A stretch of 64,000 bases of DNA from Candidatus Bathyarchaeota archaeon (GTDB taxonomy: Archaea; Thermoproteota; Bathyarchaeia; Bathyarchaeales; Bathycorpusculaceae). Position 1 is the stretch's first letter. Each line of letters begins with the position of its first letter. This document shows positions 39,805 to 50,234 of the stretch, one piece after another. The position numbers and the translations under genes are program-made. The notes under the pieces are model-generated. The model saw nothing but the letters and a program-made list of their open reading frames with translations. It searched no databases and was not told the origin of the DNA. The DNA is taken from positions 1 through 64,000 of the forward strand of contig CAWHDT010000008.1 in assembly GCA_963828195.1 (NCBI GenBank), in the 5' to 3' direction.

Positions 39805-39821
39805 CGCGCGCTTGTGGGATT

Positions 39822-40859
39822 ATGGGGAAATATGAAATAGTTATCAATCCCGTTCGTCGAGTCTGGGACTCATTCTATGATCAACTTGGTTCAGGAAACC
39901 TTCAGCAGTCGTACGAGTACCGTGAGGTAGTGAAGGCGTCGGAGCATAGCAAAGAATTTGTAAGTATTTTTGCGATGAGCGAACAAAATCCAGTTGGGTT
40001 AGTTCAATGCGAATATCGAAAATGGCTGGGTGTTGGAGCTAAAGTTGAGGTGGGCGGGAGACATGGATATGGACCCGTGGTTCGCGACATAGAGGACAAA
40101 CAACTTGTTTTTAGAGATTTAGTTTCTGCCATGGAGAAACATTTCATTCACAATAATATCGCTCAAGCTTTTGTTCATCAGTCTGAAGCCAGCCCCATCT
40201 TGGAGTCTTTCGGTTATCGCCAACTTCAATGTTTTAACACCTACAGAATTTATATTGGTGACGGTGATGAGAAACTTTGGAAGAACATTGCTCAAAACAA
40301 AAGAAAAAATATCAGAAAAGCCCAAGAGCGAAATGTTCAAGTGGTTGATGGAGAAAGCTACGAGGATTTTCTTTCTTTTTATCAATTACTAATGGCCAGG
40401 TCAAAACAAGCCCATTTTGATACTCTTTCATTCAGAATTTTGAGATCGTATTTCGAAGTTTTTGGCAAAGAGAAGAAGACGAAAATATTTTTGGCCACTC
40501 TTAATAATCAATCGATTGCAGGGGTTTTCGTGGTTATTCATGGGGATGTTGCATATGCATTAGGCGCGGGTTCAAATGATGTATTCTGGGATGTTAGGCC
40601 CAACGATATTTTGCATTGGAAAGCAATGGAGTGGTGCAGTAAAGCGGGGCTTTCTTTTTATAATCTGGGTACTGTGCCTAATCCTGTTCCTGTTGAGGCG
40701 TCAAAAATGTGGGGGTTATGGAGATGGAAGCGGGAGTGGAATGGCGAACTTAACAAAACGTTTCTGTACTACAAGATTTTTATGCCCAAGTTCACAAAGC
40801 TTGTTTTGACCCCTTACTATAAAATTTATGCTCCTTTGCAGGAGTTGGTTTTCCGTTAA
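39822..40859 (+). CDS. FemAB/FemX-like GNAT (aminoacyl/peptidyl transferase-like)
   Basis: LQQSYEY, YGPV, KRKNIRKAQ, RPNDILHWKAMEW, YNLG, GLWRWKREWNG. Confidence 0.8.
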   Translation: MGKYEIVINPVRRVWDSFYDQLGSGNLQQSYEYREVVKASEHSKEFVSIFAMSEQNPVGLVQCEYRKWLGVGAKVEVGGRHGYGPVVRDIEDKQLVFRDLVSAMEKHFIHNNIAQAFVHQSEASPILESFGYRQLQCFNTYRIYIGDGDEKLWKNIAQNKRKNIRKAQERNVQVVDGESYEDFLSFYQLLMARSKQAHFDTLSFRILRSYFEVFGKEKKTKIFLATLNNQSIAGVFVVIHGDVAYALGAGSNDVFWDVRPNDILHWKAMEWCSKAGLSFYNLGTVPNPVPVEASKMWGLWRWKREWNGELNKTFLYYKIFMPKFTKLVLTPYYKIYAPLQELVFR

Positions 40860-40875
40860 GTGTTGCTAATGACTG

Positions 40876-42027
40876 ATGGATAGTATTTGGAGTTTAAGGT
40901 TGTTGTTTGAGATTAACGAAATTAGGGATTTTCAGACTTTGAGGCCTGTTTGGAATCAGTTGGTAGAGAATAATGTGCTAGGTAGTAACGTTTTTTCGAC
41001 TTATGAATGGCTTTCTACGTGGTGGAAGCATTTCGGAGGAAACAGGCGACTGATAATTTTGACGGTTGAAGATAAAGGGTCAATCTTGGGCGTGGCACCT
41101 CTTATGTTGTCTAAGTATCGGGCGCCTGGTTTTGGCAGCATTAGGAAGGTGGAGTTTGTGGCAGCATCTGATTCAGATTATAGCAGTTTCATAATTTTGC
41201 GTGAAGACGCAGCCGTTATTAAAGCCATTATGAGCCATCTGTTGCATAACGTGCCTGAATGCGATTGGATTGAACTCAAAGAAATTTCAGAAACAACAGT
41301 TAAATCAAGTATCTTGCAAAAATTTTTATCTAATCCTCCATCAGAGCTCAGTTTAGAGAAGCGGGTTTGCAACTGTTGTCCTTACCTGCCTTTGCCTGAC
41401 TCTTTCGATTATCTGTTAGGACAACTGGATACGAAGATGCTGAAAAATTTAAGAAGACGTTTAAAAGGGCTACGTGAAAATCATCGTGTTGGGTTGATGA
41501 GGTTTGACGAGGCGGGTTTCTCAGTAAATGAAGCTACGCAAATCTTCACCAGGTTAAACTCGGATAGGTGGGAATCAAGTGGTTTGCCTGGCACTTTTGG
41601 AAATAATACTGCTTTTCGCGATTTTCAGTTGGAGTTAGCGGTTAATTTTGCCGAAAATGGGTGGCTGGGGCTTTATTTTCTGATGGTTGATGATGAACCT
41701 GTTTCAGCGGAGTATTCATTTCAGTTTGGTAATAAGGTGTATGCTTACCTTTCAGGCTTTGACCCTGCCTATTCAAAGTATTCGGTAGGTAACCTCATAG
41801 TAATGTTACTCTTAGAGCGATTGATAAAAGAAGGTTTTACAGAGTATGATATGCTGAGAGGTGACGAACCCTACAAACATACTTGGACAAGTACGCACAG
41901 GCAAAATTTCGAGATTAGACTTGTGCGTAAGCGATTGTTGAGCAAATATTATGATTGGGTAACGTGGAGTGAACCTGTGGTTAACTTGACCAACAAACTG
42001 GTTGCGCTTCGTCAATCCAAGTTTTAA
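40876..42027 (+). CDS. GNAT Acetyltransf_6 (CelD/BcsL-like)
   Basis: FSTYEWLSTWWKHF, GVAPL, SDY, GFDPAYSKYSVG, YDMLRGDEPYK. Confidence 0.85.
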   Translation: MDSIWSLRLLFEINEIRDFQTLRPVWNQLVENNVLGSNVFSTYEWLSTWWKHFGGNRRLIILTVEDKGSILGVAPLMLSKYRAPGFGSIRKVEFVAASDSDYSSFIILREDAAVIKAIMSHLLHNVPECDWIELKEISETTVKSSILQKFLSNPPSELSLEKRVCNCCPYLPLPDSFDYLLGQLDTKMLKNLRRRLKGLRENHRVGLMRFDEAGFSVNEATQIFTRLNSDRWESSGLPGTFGNNTAFRDFQLELAVNFAENGWLGLYFLMVDDEPVSAEYSFQFGNKVYAYLSGFDPAYSKYSVGNLIVMLLLERLIKEGFTEYDMLRGDEPYKHTWTSTHRQNFEIRLVRKRLLSKYYDWVTWSEPVVNLTNKLVALRQSKF

Positions 42028-42160
42028 GTTGTAAAATTGTCTATTTTTTCAGGATGACGTTTTAAAATGGCTCTCATTAATTAATGGAGCGGATTTCCAA
42101 AATGAATATAGCTCGCCCATATTAAAGAATTGGTGCATTAGGTATAAGGAGTTTATTAAT

Positions 42161-43279
42161 TTGAAATTATCAATTCATGCTATTTCAGATGGAAAAATGT
42201 TAGTTGAAATCCAAAAAGAGTTAGACAATTTCCTAATAAGCAATGGCAGCAATCCATTCGTATTAAGTGAATTTCTGAAAATGAAATTCGAGGATGTGTT
42301 GGTAGAAGATGTAGTTCCATTGATTTTAGTTCTCAGGGTTGACGGTAATATCGTTGGGGTGGCCCCCATTTCAATCAGAAAAAAATTTGGGCTTCGATTT
42401 GTTAAGATGCTTTTCAGTTTTGAATTCTTCCCAGATTTCACATTTGATAAGACATATAGCGAAGATTGTATGCGTTTGGTTTTTGATTACATTTTTAATC
42501 AGTTACACTGCTTTTTTGTGGCATTGGATTTACCTGTTGATTCTTTGAACATGCCAATATTGGAGCGCGAATGCAAGCTCGAACGAGTTTCCATATTTAA
42601 GAAAAATTATCCTTATCTGAATCATTCTATAATTATTGTCGCGGCTACATGGGATGACTTTCAAAAATTGAAAGGTTATCATTTCAAAAAAAGGTTTAGA
42701 AGGATTGAGCAGCGTCTCAGTAATGTAGGCCCATGGCGTCTCTTAGTTTTTGAAAACGAAAATAATGAAGAAGAGGTTCTGCAAAGAATATTAGGTGTTG
42801 AGGAAGCGAGTTGGAAACAAAATTGGAGGTTTCAGCACAACATCACGATTGATGGTGGGTTGTTGAGGTTGTGGCGAGCATCGAGTTTAGCTCTTAAGAC
42901 TTACGATGGTTTTAAGCGGTATGTTTGGCTTCTGGATTTAGGTGGTAAGGATATAGCTTATTCTCTAGTTTTTGAGTACAAAGAAACTGCCTACTTTGTA
43001 AAAACAAGTTTTAATAATGAATTTAGGCGACTGTACCCCGGCATCTATACTAACCATGTGGCGATAGAGAGCTTTTTTACTTCAGGCAATGTTAAGGCGA
43101 TTGATTTTTTGACGAATTTGCCCTTTCATAAAATATGGGCATCCAATTATCTCTCAGGAGTTAGGGTTTTGCTATGTAAAGGTTTTTTGCCAAATTTATT
43201 AGAGTTAACTATTCAACAACCGCAAATAAGAAGGGTTATGTGGCGTTTGATTCCAGGGTTGATGCAACAAATAGAATAG
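42161..43279 (+). CDS. GNAT Acetyltransf_6 (CelD/BcsL-like)
   Basis: VGVAPI, VEEASWK, KTSFNNEFRRLYPG, IDFL. Confidence 0.8.
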   Translation: MKLSIHAISDGKMLVEIQKELDNFLISNGSNPFVLSEFLKMKFEDVLVEDVVPLILVLRVDGNIVGVAPISIRKKFGLRFVKMLFSFEFFPDFTFDKTYSEDCMRLVFDYIFNQLHCFFVALDLPVDSLNMPILERECKLERVSIFKKNYPYLNHSIIIVAATWDDFQKLKGYHFKKRFRRIEQRLSNVGPWRLLVFENENNEEEVLQRILGVEEASWKQNWRFQHNITIDGGLLRLWRASSLALKTYDGFKRYVWLLDLGGKDIAYSLVFEYKETAYFVKTSFNNEFRRLYPGIYTNHVAIESFFTSGNVKAIDFLTNLPFHKIWASNYLSGVRVLLCKGFLPNLLELTIQQPQIRRVMWRLIPGLMQQIE

Positions 43280-43552
43280 GCATAAACTAGAATTCAGTCA
43301 ATCTTGGAGAACGAAAGCTGAAAATATCCCTTTGAACTTTATAAGTTTAATTAGGATTGACTGATCGAATAACCAGAGTTTAAAGACATTCTGGGCAAAA
43401 CGCACAGGGCGGATTAAAATAATTTCCATTTATATTAGAAAAGCTCGACCGCGTTTTATCGATGTTAATGCAGAGGTCAGCACATATTACCGTTGTATGC
43501 GGTCGAATTCTTTGTATGAAAAGATCGTTGAGAGTTTTGCAAATAAAATGAA

Positions 43553-44920
43553 GTGGGGAGAACAATGAGTAAACCAGTTTGCAGCGTTCAGCCCCGACGT
43601 TTTCTTAGCGCGCATGAGCGTCTGATATTATCAGAAATATCGACGCTGAATAGCCTACCGTTCATAATTCTGGATTGGAAGCGGACCCAGGGGCTTAAAG
43701 TCTCCCAGTTGAGAGACCTTCAAAACAAGAGACTGCGTGCACTAATTAAGCACAGCTACGATCATGTCCCATATTATCACAAACTTTTCATTAAAGAACA
43801 CCTAACTCCAGAGGACATAAAAACTATTGATGACTTGGAAAAAATACCAATAACTAAAAAAACCGATATAAGTAGTTTACCCATACAAAACATTACGGCC
43901 AATAACTTTAATCTAAGCAAATGCGAAAAACGGCTAACATCTGGGTCATCGGGTGTTCCTTTAACATGTTACAGAGACGGGAAAGATTTCCTAAAAAGAT
44001 GTTTTGACGAATACCTTTTCCATTTAAGTCACAATGAAAAAATCACCGACAAACGAATTTTAATGGGTGGGATGGTACCCTCGCCTTCAAACATTTTCCA
44101 AAGATTTGGAATGCTTAGGACAAAAGAGGTTTCGCCACTGGGACATCCACGGGAGCAACTCTGCGAGATAAAAGATTATGGCGCTAAAGTCCTTCTTACT
44201 AATCCGTCGAGCGCTTTAGCTATTTCCAAAGAAGTTAGGGAATCTGATTTGAAAGGGATCGAATTATCTTTAATTTTTACAGTTGGAGAACTCTTGCTGG
44301 GAAGTACTCGCCGTTTTATAGAGGAAACCTTTGAAGCGAGAGTGTTTGACCAATATGGAGCTACCGAAGTTGGCAAGATAAGTAGAGAGTGTAATGAGCA
44401 CTCTTATCACATTCATCATAACATTATAGTTCAAACCACGAAGGATGGCGAAACTCTTTCTGCAGGTGAGGAAGGTGAAATAACAGTAACTAACATCGTC
44501 AATTTTGCTCAACCGTTCGTAAGGTATAATCTTCAGGACTCCGGGCTGGTACTTGAAGATGAATGCTCATGTGGTCTCCATCATCCTTTGATGAAGCTAA
44601 CATCGGGACGGGTTAGCGATTTCATTAATCTTCCAAATGGGCGATTTATCTCGGCACTCGAAGCTAATGATTTTTTAAGTTTTATGCAGACGGAGCTCAA
44701 GCAATATCAAGTAATCCAAGAAGCTTCGGATCGGTTAACTGTTAAACTTGTCAAAGGAAAGGGTTTTAAAGATAACATTATAACAGAAATCAAAAAGTCA
44801 TATGGAAAAAGCCTTGGTCCTGAAATGCAAATTGATGTCTTGGTTGTTGATGACATCCCGAGAGAAAAATCGGGTAAATTCAAACTATTTAAAACGAACG
44901 TCCATAAGAAATTAATGTAA
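43553..44920 (+). CDS. Phenylacetate-CoA-ligase/CapK-like adenylate-forming enzyme
   Basis: HVPYY, TSGSSG.P, DQYGATE, PFVRYNLQD, GRVSD, IPREKSGK. Confidence 0.88.
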   Translation: MGRTMSKPVCSVQPRRFLSAHERLILSEISTLNSLPFIILDWKRTQGLKVSQLRDLQNKRLRALIKHSYDHVPYYHKLFIKEHLTPEDIKTIDDLEKIPITKKTDISSLPIQNITANNFNLSKCEKRLTSGSSGVPLTCYRDGKDFLKRCFDEYLFHLSHNEKITDKRILMGGMVPSPSNIFQRFGMLRTKEVSPLGHPREQLCEIKDYGAKVLLTNPSSALAISKEVRESDLKGIELSLIFTVGELLLGSTRRFIEETFEARVFDQYGATEVGKISRECNEHSYHIHHNIIVQTTKDGETLSAGEEGEITVTNIVNFAQPFVRYNLQDSGLVLEDECSCGLHHPLMKLTSGRVSDFINLPNGRFISALEANDFLSFMQTELKQYQVIQEASDRLTVKLVKGKGFKDNIITEIKKSYGKSLGPEMQIDVLVVDDIPREKSGKFKLFKTNVHKKLM

Positions 44921-45329
44921 GCAACAGAAAAATTGTTTGGGGAAGCACCAGAACGACAACAGCGCGATTACGCGTGAAGACGTTAAAGCATGCTGAGAAA
45001 AAGATTTTTACTGCTTCCTTGAATAACTCACCAGACTCCGTTTCTACAATGCCAACACGCTCGAAAGCCCCAGGCATTAGCCATTTTGAAAACTTGGGGT
45101 TCCAGGCGCTCAAAGGGAAACTTCTCAGGGCCCGCTTCGCACATATTCTCTTTTGAACGTTTTTTTAGAAAATTATTTCTAGCCAGTCGTGACTATGAAG
45201 AAGTGCTTTTTAGTTACTATCTGTATTCAGTCCATAAAACAGACAGAATAAGGACGATGCAAATCTTTGAAGCTTACCGCAGCAGACTAAACAAACATAC
45301 TTACAAAATAAGGTCGCGAAAGAAAAAAA

Positions 45330-46913
45330 ATGAGCAAAGCCGCAGAATTGGCTAAAGTTTCAGCAAAAGGTAGCTTTCACCTACTGTGGGGTTTAGTAAT
45401 CTCCACGGGTATCTCCGCAATTGCCACGATTTTCATCGCGAGACTACTCGGTTCAGATCTATACGGCCTATACGGAATCGTGCTGATCACACCCAACCTC
45501 ATAGGAGTATTCCGAGACTGGGGCATAAACTCCGCAATGGTAAGATACACAGCCCAATTCCGCTCAGAAGACAGAGCATCAGAAGTCAGAAGCATACTCA
45601 TCTCCGGAATAGTCTTCGAAATAGCCCTCGGAATGGCATTATCCGCAATATCTTTTTTGCTTTCAGGTTATATTGCGACAGACATATTCCATCGGCCCGA
45701 AATAACATCCTTAATCCAAATAGCCTCAATCACAATCTTAGCCGGCGGACTCATCAATGCAGCCACAGCCGCATTCACCGGCATCGAAAAAATGGAACTC
45801 AACAGTGTCATGCTCGTTTGCCAATCCATCATAAAAACAGTTATCATTATTACACTAGTTATATTGGGATTACGCACATCCGGAGCAGTGATTGGGTATA
45901 CAGTCGCCATGTTAACTGCTGGGCTTATAGGTCTGGCACTTGTGTGGACTCTATACAAGAACCTGCCAAAACTAAGCAATGTTAAACTCAAAATTAGAGC
46001 CTACACAAAATTAATGCTGGCATATGGCACGCCTCTGTCGCTTTCAGCAATCATTGGCGGCTTTCAAAGTCAATTTTACGCTTTTTTGCTGCCAATTTTC
46101 TACGTCACTAACAATTCCGCGATAGGCAACTATGGAATAGCCAGCACTTTCGTAGTTCTAATAGCGTTCTTTGCAACACCGATTACAACGATGCTGTTTC
46201 CAGCGTTCAGCAAGCTCAACCCGCAAAAAGACAAAGAAACCCTGAAAAACGTCTTCCAATTCTCAATCAAATACGCATCACTCCTCGTAGTGCCAGTGGC
46301 AGCGCTCGTTATGTGTCTAGCTGAACCAGCAGTTTCTACACTGTTTGGGAAAACATACTCGACGGCACCACTGTTTTTGACGTTGCTTGCAATCACCTAC
46401 ATCTTCCCAGCCGTCGGAAGCCTAACTGCGGGCAATTTTATCAGCAGTCAAGGAAAAACCACGTTCATCCTGTACCTAAACCTGCTCTCAGCAGTCATCG
46501 GCTTCCCCATGGGTTACATCCTAATTATGAAGTTTGGAGTTTTAGGACTGATTGTAACTACGCTAGTAGATGGGATTCCCTCCACTGTCATATCGCTTTA
46601 TTGGATAAGAAAACATTACGAGCTGAATGTAGACTGGCATTCGTCGGCAAAAATTGTGCTGTCATCCACGATAGCCGCCGCCTCAACCTACATTCTCATC
46701 TCAGAGCTCAGCTTCGCCAACTGGATACGGTTAATTGTAGGCATAATATTCTTCGCATTTGTATTCGTCGCCGCAGCTTTGTTAACTCAAACAATAAACA
46801 AAGCTGACATAGAAAACTTGCGTGGGATGGTAAGCGACCTGGGAATAATTGGCGAAATGTTCAATAGTATTCTAAACATTTACCAAAAACTTATGGAACA
46901 CCTCCGGCATTAA
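45330..46913 (+). CDS. Wzx/MOP-family oligosaccharide flippase
   Basis: ARLLGSDLYGLY, DWGINSAMVRY, LFPAFSK; about 14 TM helices. Confidence 0.88.
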   Translation: MSKAAELAKVSAKGSFHLLWGLVISTGISAIATIFIARLLGSDLYGLYGIVLITPNLIGVFRDWGINSAMVRYTAQFRSEDRASEVRSILISGIVFEIALGMALSAISFLLSGYIATDIFHRPEITSLIQIASITILAGGLINAATAAFTGIEKMELNSVMLVCQSIIKTVIIITLVILGLRTSGAVIGYTVAMLTAGLIGLALVWTLYKNLPKLSNVKLKIRAYTKLMLAYGTPLSLSAIIGGFQSQFYAFLLPIFYVTNNSAIGNYGIASTFVVLIAFFATPITTMLFPAFSKLNPQKDKETLKNVFQFSIKYASLLVVPVAALVMCLAEPAVSTLFGKTYSTAPLFLTLLAITYIFPAVGSLTAGNFISSQGKTTFILYLNLLSAVIGFPMGYILIMKFGVLGLIVTTLVDGIPSTVISLYWIRKHYELNVDWHSSAKIVLSSTIAAASTYILISELSFANWIRLIVGIIFFAFVFVAAALLTQTINKADIENLRGMVSDLGIIGEMFNSILNIYQKLMEHLRH

Positions 46914-47236
46914 CTTGAATCGAACAATGAACAAAACGTTTTTATTAACTGTGCATGGAAAAAATTTAGTTTAACCAATTTACATTTCTGCTATTTCTGC
47001 TTGTTTCACCCTTCAACTTGATAACTTGATTCTAAACCTAATTTTCATGTGCGTAATTTCTAGATAACACTCAATTTTAGGCTCAACCCTTATCCTTCAA
47101 ACATCAAAACGATTTTAATCGGTATTTTTTATTTAAAAAACGACGTTGTGTTCTTTTGCAGCCGCGGCTTCCCGCGCGTTATAGCGATTGTTAAATATTA
47201 GAGTTTTCTGGTGTTTCTGTGGCATAACCATGATTT

Positions 47237-47455
47237 CTAATGCTTAATTTTGGATGAGGCAAAAGAACTGCGAAGGTGAGTTTTTCTGTTTGGTTGTGTA
47301 ATTTTGGTTTTAATTTTTCCCTCTGCTTGTCCGACCCAGCAAAGACTCCATCCTATGAACGCGACTAAAACCCCTACGGGAATCATCAACACTCTGAAAA
47401 ACCGTATTCTTCTTTTTTGTATTACGTACGTATTTCTTTGGACTTTACAGGCCAT
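47237..47455 (-). CDS. Small single-TM hypothetical protein
   Basis: RRIRFFRVLMIPVGVLVAFIGWSLCWVG hydrophobic segment directly downstream of the wHTH gene. Confidence 0.4.
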   Translation of the reverse strand: MACKVQRNTYVIQKRRIRFFRVLMIPVGVLVAFIGWSLCWVGQAEGKIKTKITQPNRKTHLRSSFASSKIKH

Positions 47456-47466
47456 TCGAAATTACC

Positions 47467-47853
47467 TCAGTTAAAGTTTCCGATGTTTGGGTTCTCAATT
47501 GAAACCGTTGCGGTTTTTCGAATATTGTTTTCGGTGATTGCTCGGAAATGTACTGTCTTCGAGATTCGCCGTTTGTTTAGCCAACCCATTCTTGATAGTT
47601 GATTTAGATAATTGCTTTCAATTGCGCGACATCGACCTGTAAGATTAGATACCTGTACCGCGTCGCACTCTCCTTTGGAAGATACGATGACGTAAGTTCT
47701 TCTTAAGTGGTCTGGCAGGGTGATTAGTTCTGATTCAGGTACCTCTACGGCTTGAGGCTTCCAATTTGAAAAGTTGTTTTCAATTTCATCAAGCCGTGAA
47801 CGTATATGCATCATTTCTTTGAATATGTCTTCGAGGATTGACCTTCTAACCAA
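47467..47853 (-). CDS. Coiled-coil plus winged-helix transcriptional regulator
   Basis: LPDHLRRTY...VSNLTGRCRAIESNYLNQLSRMGWLNKRR..KTVHF; GGAAGGGAG RBS before the TTG at 47853. Confidence 0.75.
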   Translation of the reverse strand: MVRRSILEDIFKEMMHIRSRLDEIENNFSNWKPQAVEVPESELITLPDHLRRTYVIVSSKGECDAVQVSNLTGRCRAIESNYLNQLSRMGWLNKRRISKTVHFRAITENNIRKTATVSIENPNIGNFN

Positions 47854-48121
47854 TTTATCTCCCTTCCTATAGCTGTACAAGCGAGCAAGCCCCAAATAAC
47901 GTTTTTTGCAAACTGCATTCGAGCAGTTAGTCAACTCCAATAGAAAGAAGCGAAGGCGACTTCGCAGAATTGCAAAGAAGAATTAACAAGGCTTTTTGGC
48001 GCTCGCCTTTCACTATATTTGTAATAATTTTCAAATATATATGCTTTTATCCAGCCTCCTAAGTCTGCGTTGTTTAGTTGGAGACTAAAGCTTGCTACGT
48101 CGACCGCGCCTGAGCGTGCAG

Positions 48122-48598
48122 CTATGGATTTGTGCCCCCGATGCAGATATTGACGCTGAAGCCTGTGACATCCACTATACTTGAGGATACGATCAGGGTC
48201 AGGGTTGCGGCTGCTGATTGCCCAGGCAAAAGGTCAATGCCTTGTTGATTCCACGTTACACTTATTGATCCACTCGCGTTCGTTGAACTCCAATTATTTG
48301 TCGTCATGCTCAGGGTTAATGAGAGGCCGCTGCTTGTGTTTTTGACATAGATTGTTTGATTTGTGGTTCCCCCAGGGCTTAAGGTTCCCCAGTTTATGGT
48401 GCTTAGGGGTTGTGTGCACGCGCTGTCAGAATACACAGCTAAGTTTGCCGACGTGGTCACTGTGCCAATGGAAGGCACATTTTGAGATGTGGTGATGGCT
48501 GCAAAGGCGTTGAGTGATAAAGCTATTGCTAGTATGATTGCTGCCGCCGTGATGATTATCCATAAAAATCTATTCTTCCCTCTGAAATCTTTTTTCAA
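48122..48598 (-). CDS. Secreted TasA/camelysin-like beta-rich protein (paralogue 1)
   Basis: Signal peptide ending NAFA; INWGTLSPGGTTNQTIYVKNT resembles the TasA/CalY LxPGD..x.xKNxG motif. Confidence 0.6.
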   Translation of the reverse strand: MKKDFRGKNRFLWIIITAAAIILAIALSLNAFAAITTSQNVPSIGTVTTSANLAVYSDSACTQPLSTINWGTLSPGGTTNQTIYVKNTSSGLSLTLSMTTNNWSSTNASGSISVTWNQQGIDLLPGQSAAATLTLIVSSSIVDVTGFSVNICIGGTNP

Positions 48599-48959
48599 AA
48601 ATCTTCCACCCTAAACTCCTTTTCTGTCATCTTTTTCATGACCCTTTTATGCTTTAATCGAAATACGGTTAAACTAGAAGCGAACATAACTTGCATAAAA
48701 AACCCCGAGAAAAACAGAGCATTATTTTCTATAAATTAAAAAATTATTTCTATTTCTAAAACACAGATTATCAAATCAGCAGCTTGCTGAAGCCTAAAAA
48801 TAGCCTACAATGGCACTGCGGTTTATTAATGTCAACTGAAAATTTTAGGTCTGACTGCACAGTAAGCCTAAAAAATCATTTTTCTGCAGACTCTCGTCTT
48901 TGCGCCACTCGAGGCAGCGGCACAGTATCAAGCGGGCTAATCCGCGTCACCTAAGCGAC

Positions 48960-49442
48960 TCACGAGTTCGCCATTCCAGATATTGAAATATCAACGCTGA
49001 AAGACGTAATTCCAGTTGTACTCGCTGCCACTGTCAACGAAATTGTTGCCGCAGTTGATTGCCCAGGTGCAAGCACAACGCCTGCTTGGTTCCAACTTAT
49101 TGTTAACGGCCCATTAGCGCCTGTTGGGCTCCAGTTACTTGTCTGCATACTCAGCGTCAACGGAACGCTTCCTGTATTGTTGACGTAGATTGTTTGGGTT
49201 ACTGTTCCACCTGGCGAAACTGAACCCCAATTTATGGATGTTAAAGGAACAGTGCAAAGACTATCTGAATAAACTCCTAAACTTGGTGAGGCGGTATTTG
49301 AAGTGACGGACACCGATGAGGTAGTGATTGACCCCGACGAAACTATGTTTGCGCTATCACTAACTGTGCCGTAAGCCATCAGAGATAATGCTAACACGAC
49401 TAAAACCAGCGCTATTATTGCAACATACGGGATTCTTCTCAT
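48960..49442 (-). CDS. Secreted TasA/camelysin-like beta-rich protein (paralogue 2)
   Basis: Signal peptide ending MAYG; INWGSVSPGGTVTQTIYVNNTG; clear paralogue of 48122-48598. Confidence 0.6.
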   Translation of the reverse strand: MRRIPYVAIIALVLVVLALSLMAYGTVSDSANIVSSGSITTSSVSVTSNTASPSLGVYSDSLCTVPLTSINWGSVSPGGTVTQTIYVNNTGSVPLTLSMQTSNWSPTGANGPLTISWNQAGVVLAPGQSTAATISLTVAASTTGITSFSVDISISGMANS

Positions 49443-49570
49443 AAACTATCCTTACAATAACAAAATGCAGTTTAGCCTATGAATTTCAGTGTACATGAGA
49501 ACAACAAAAATACACAAGATAGTATTTTGCCCGCTTCTCCAAGCCATGACGCTAAAGCGGACCAGCGTCT

Positions 49571-49909
49571 TCAACCTGGCAAAAAATAATTAGAAACTAA
49601 AAAAGCTATAAAGCCTAACATGACTGTTTTGGGGTGGTTGAATGTATGCCAGATCGCCCGCAGGGCGATGCATGTGGTTTTTCCAGCTTGCCTGCTCCAT
49701 CGAACCACAATGCGTTTGCGGGTGTCGCGAAGAAGCTGCGCTTGATACTGCTTTGCGTCGAAGCCAAATAGGTCCATGGCAAAAACAACAGGGTCATCCG
49801 AAACCACTGATCGTTTCTGTTCATGGTTTGGTTCACGTTCCAGCAGATTTTTCTTCTGTCGCTCGATTTCCTTGCTCGCTTCTTTGAGCCTGCAATTTTT
49901 TGACTTCAT
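49571..49909 (-). pseudogene. N-terminal fragment of a terminase large subunit (ATPase)
   Basis: DPVVF...YQAQLL...RIVVRWSRQAGKTT (Q motif plus Walker A of phage terminases); ends about 30 aa later with no Walker B or nuclease domain. Confidence 0.75.
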
Positions 49910-50234
49910 CGACTAATCGCTCCACTTCAGCTAAATCTTCGTTGAATTGGTGTTCATCGTACCCTTTTGCGAGGTTTCCCATGACCATGGCGATGTGCGC
50001 AGCGATGTGAGCCCACATCTGCCGTTGCTTTGGGGTTATGAACTCTGTTCTGCCGCCGACTCTTTGCCTGTTGACTTCGCCTTTGGCGATTAGGTTGGCG
50101 ATGGTGAAGGTGGCGTCTAGTTTGTCCATCCACATTCTTCGGAGACGCTGCGTGTCGCAATCGGCGGTTTCGCGGAGCTGGGTTATGTGTCTTTGGACAA
50201 AAAATGTGTATCCTCTGTTGGCTCTAGCTCTCAT
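49833..50234 (-). CDS. Helical hypothetical protein overlapping the terminase fragment (small-terminase position)
   Basis: AGGGG RBS; helical/coiled-coil C-terminus; directly upstream of and overlapping the terminase ORF. Confidence 0.55.
   Translation of the reverse strand: MRARANRGYTFFVQRHITQLRETADCDTQRLRRMWMDKLDATFTIANLIAKGEVNRQRVGGRTEFITPKQRQMWAHIAAHIAMVMGNLAKGYDEHQFNEDLAEVERLVDEVKKLQAQRSEQGNRATEEKSAGT

Noticed and set aside
39822-40859. Evidence for peptidoglycan or pseudomurein synthesis
   Set aside because: No Mur ligases or MraY in the window; FemAB-like GNATs are common in EPS loci
45386-45985. 199-aa alternative-frame ORF inside the flippase
   Set aside because: By-product of A/C-rich codon usage lacking stop codons; H/R/N-rich composition unlike a real protein
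48122-49442. Type IV pilins or archaellins
   Set aside because: The hydrophobic stretch precedes an SPase-I-like cleavage site; no class III K/R-G|hydrophobic motif, and no pilus ATPase or TadC nearby
49571-50234. Intact provirus
   Set aside because: Only a truncated terminase; no integrase, portal, capsid or tRNA att site seen
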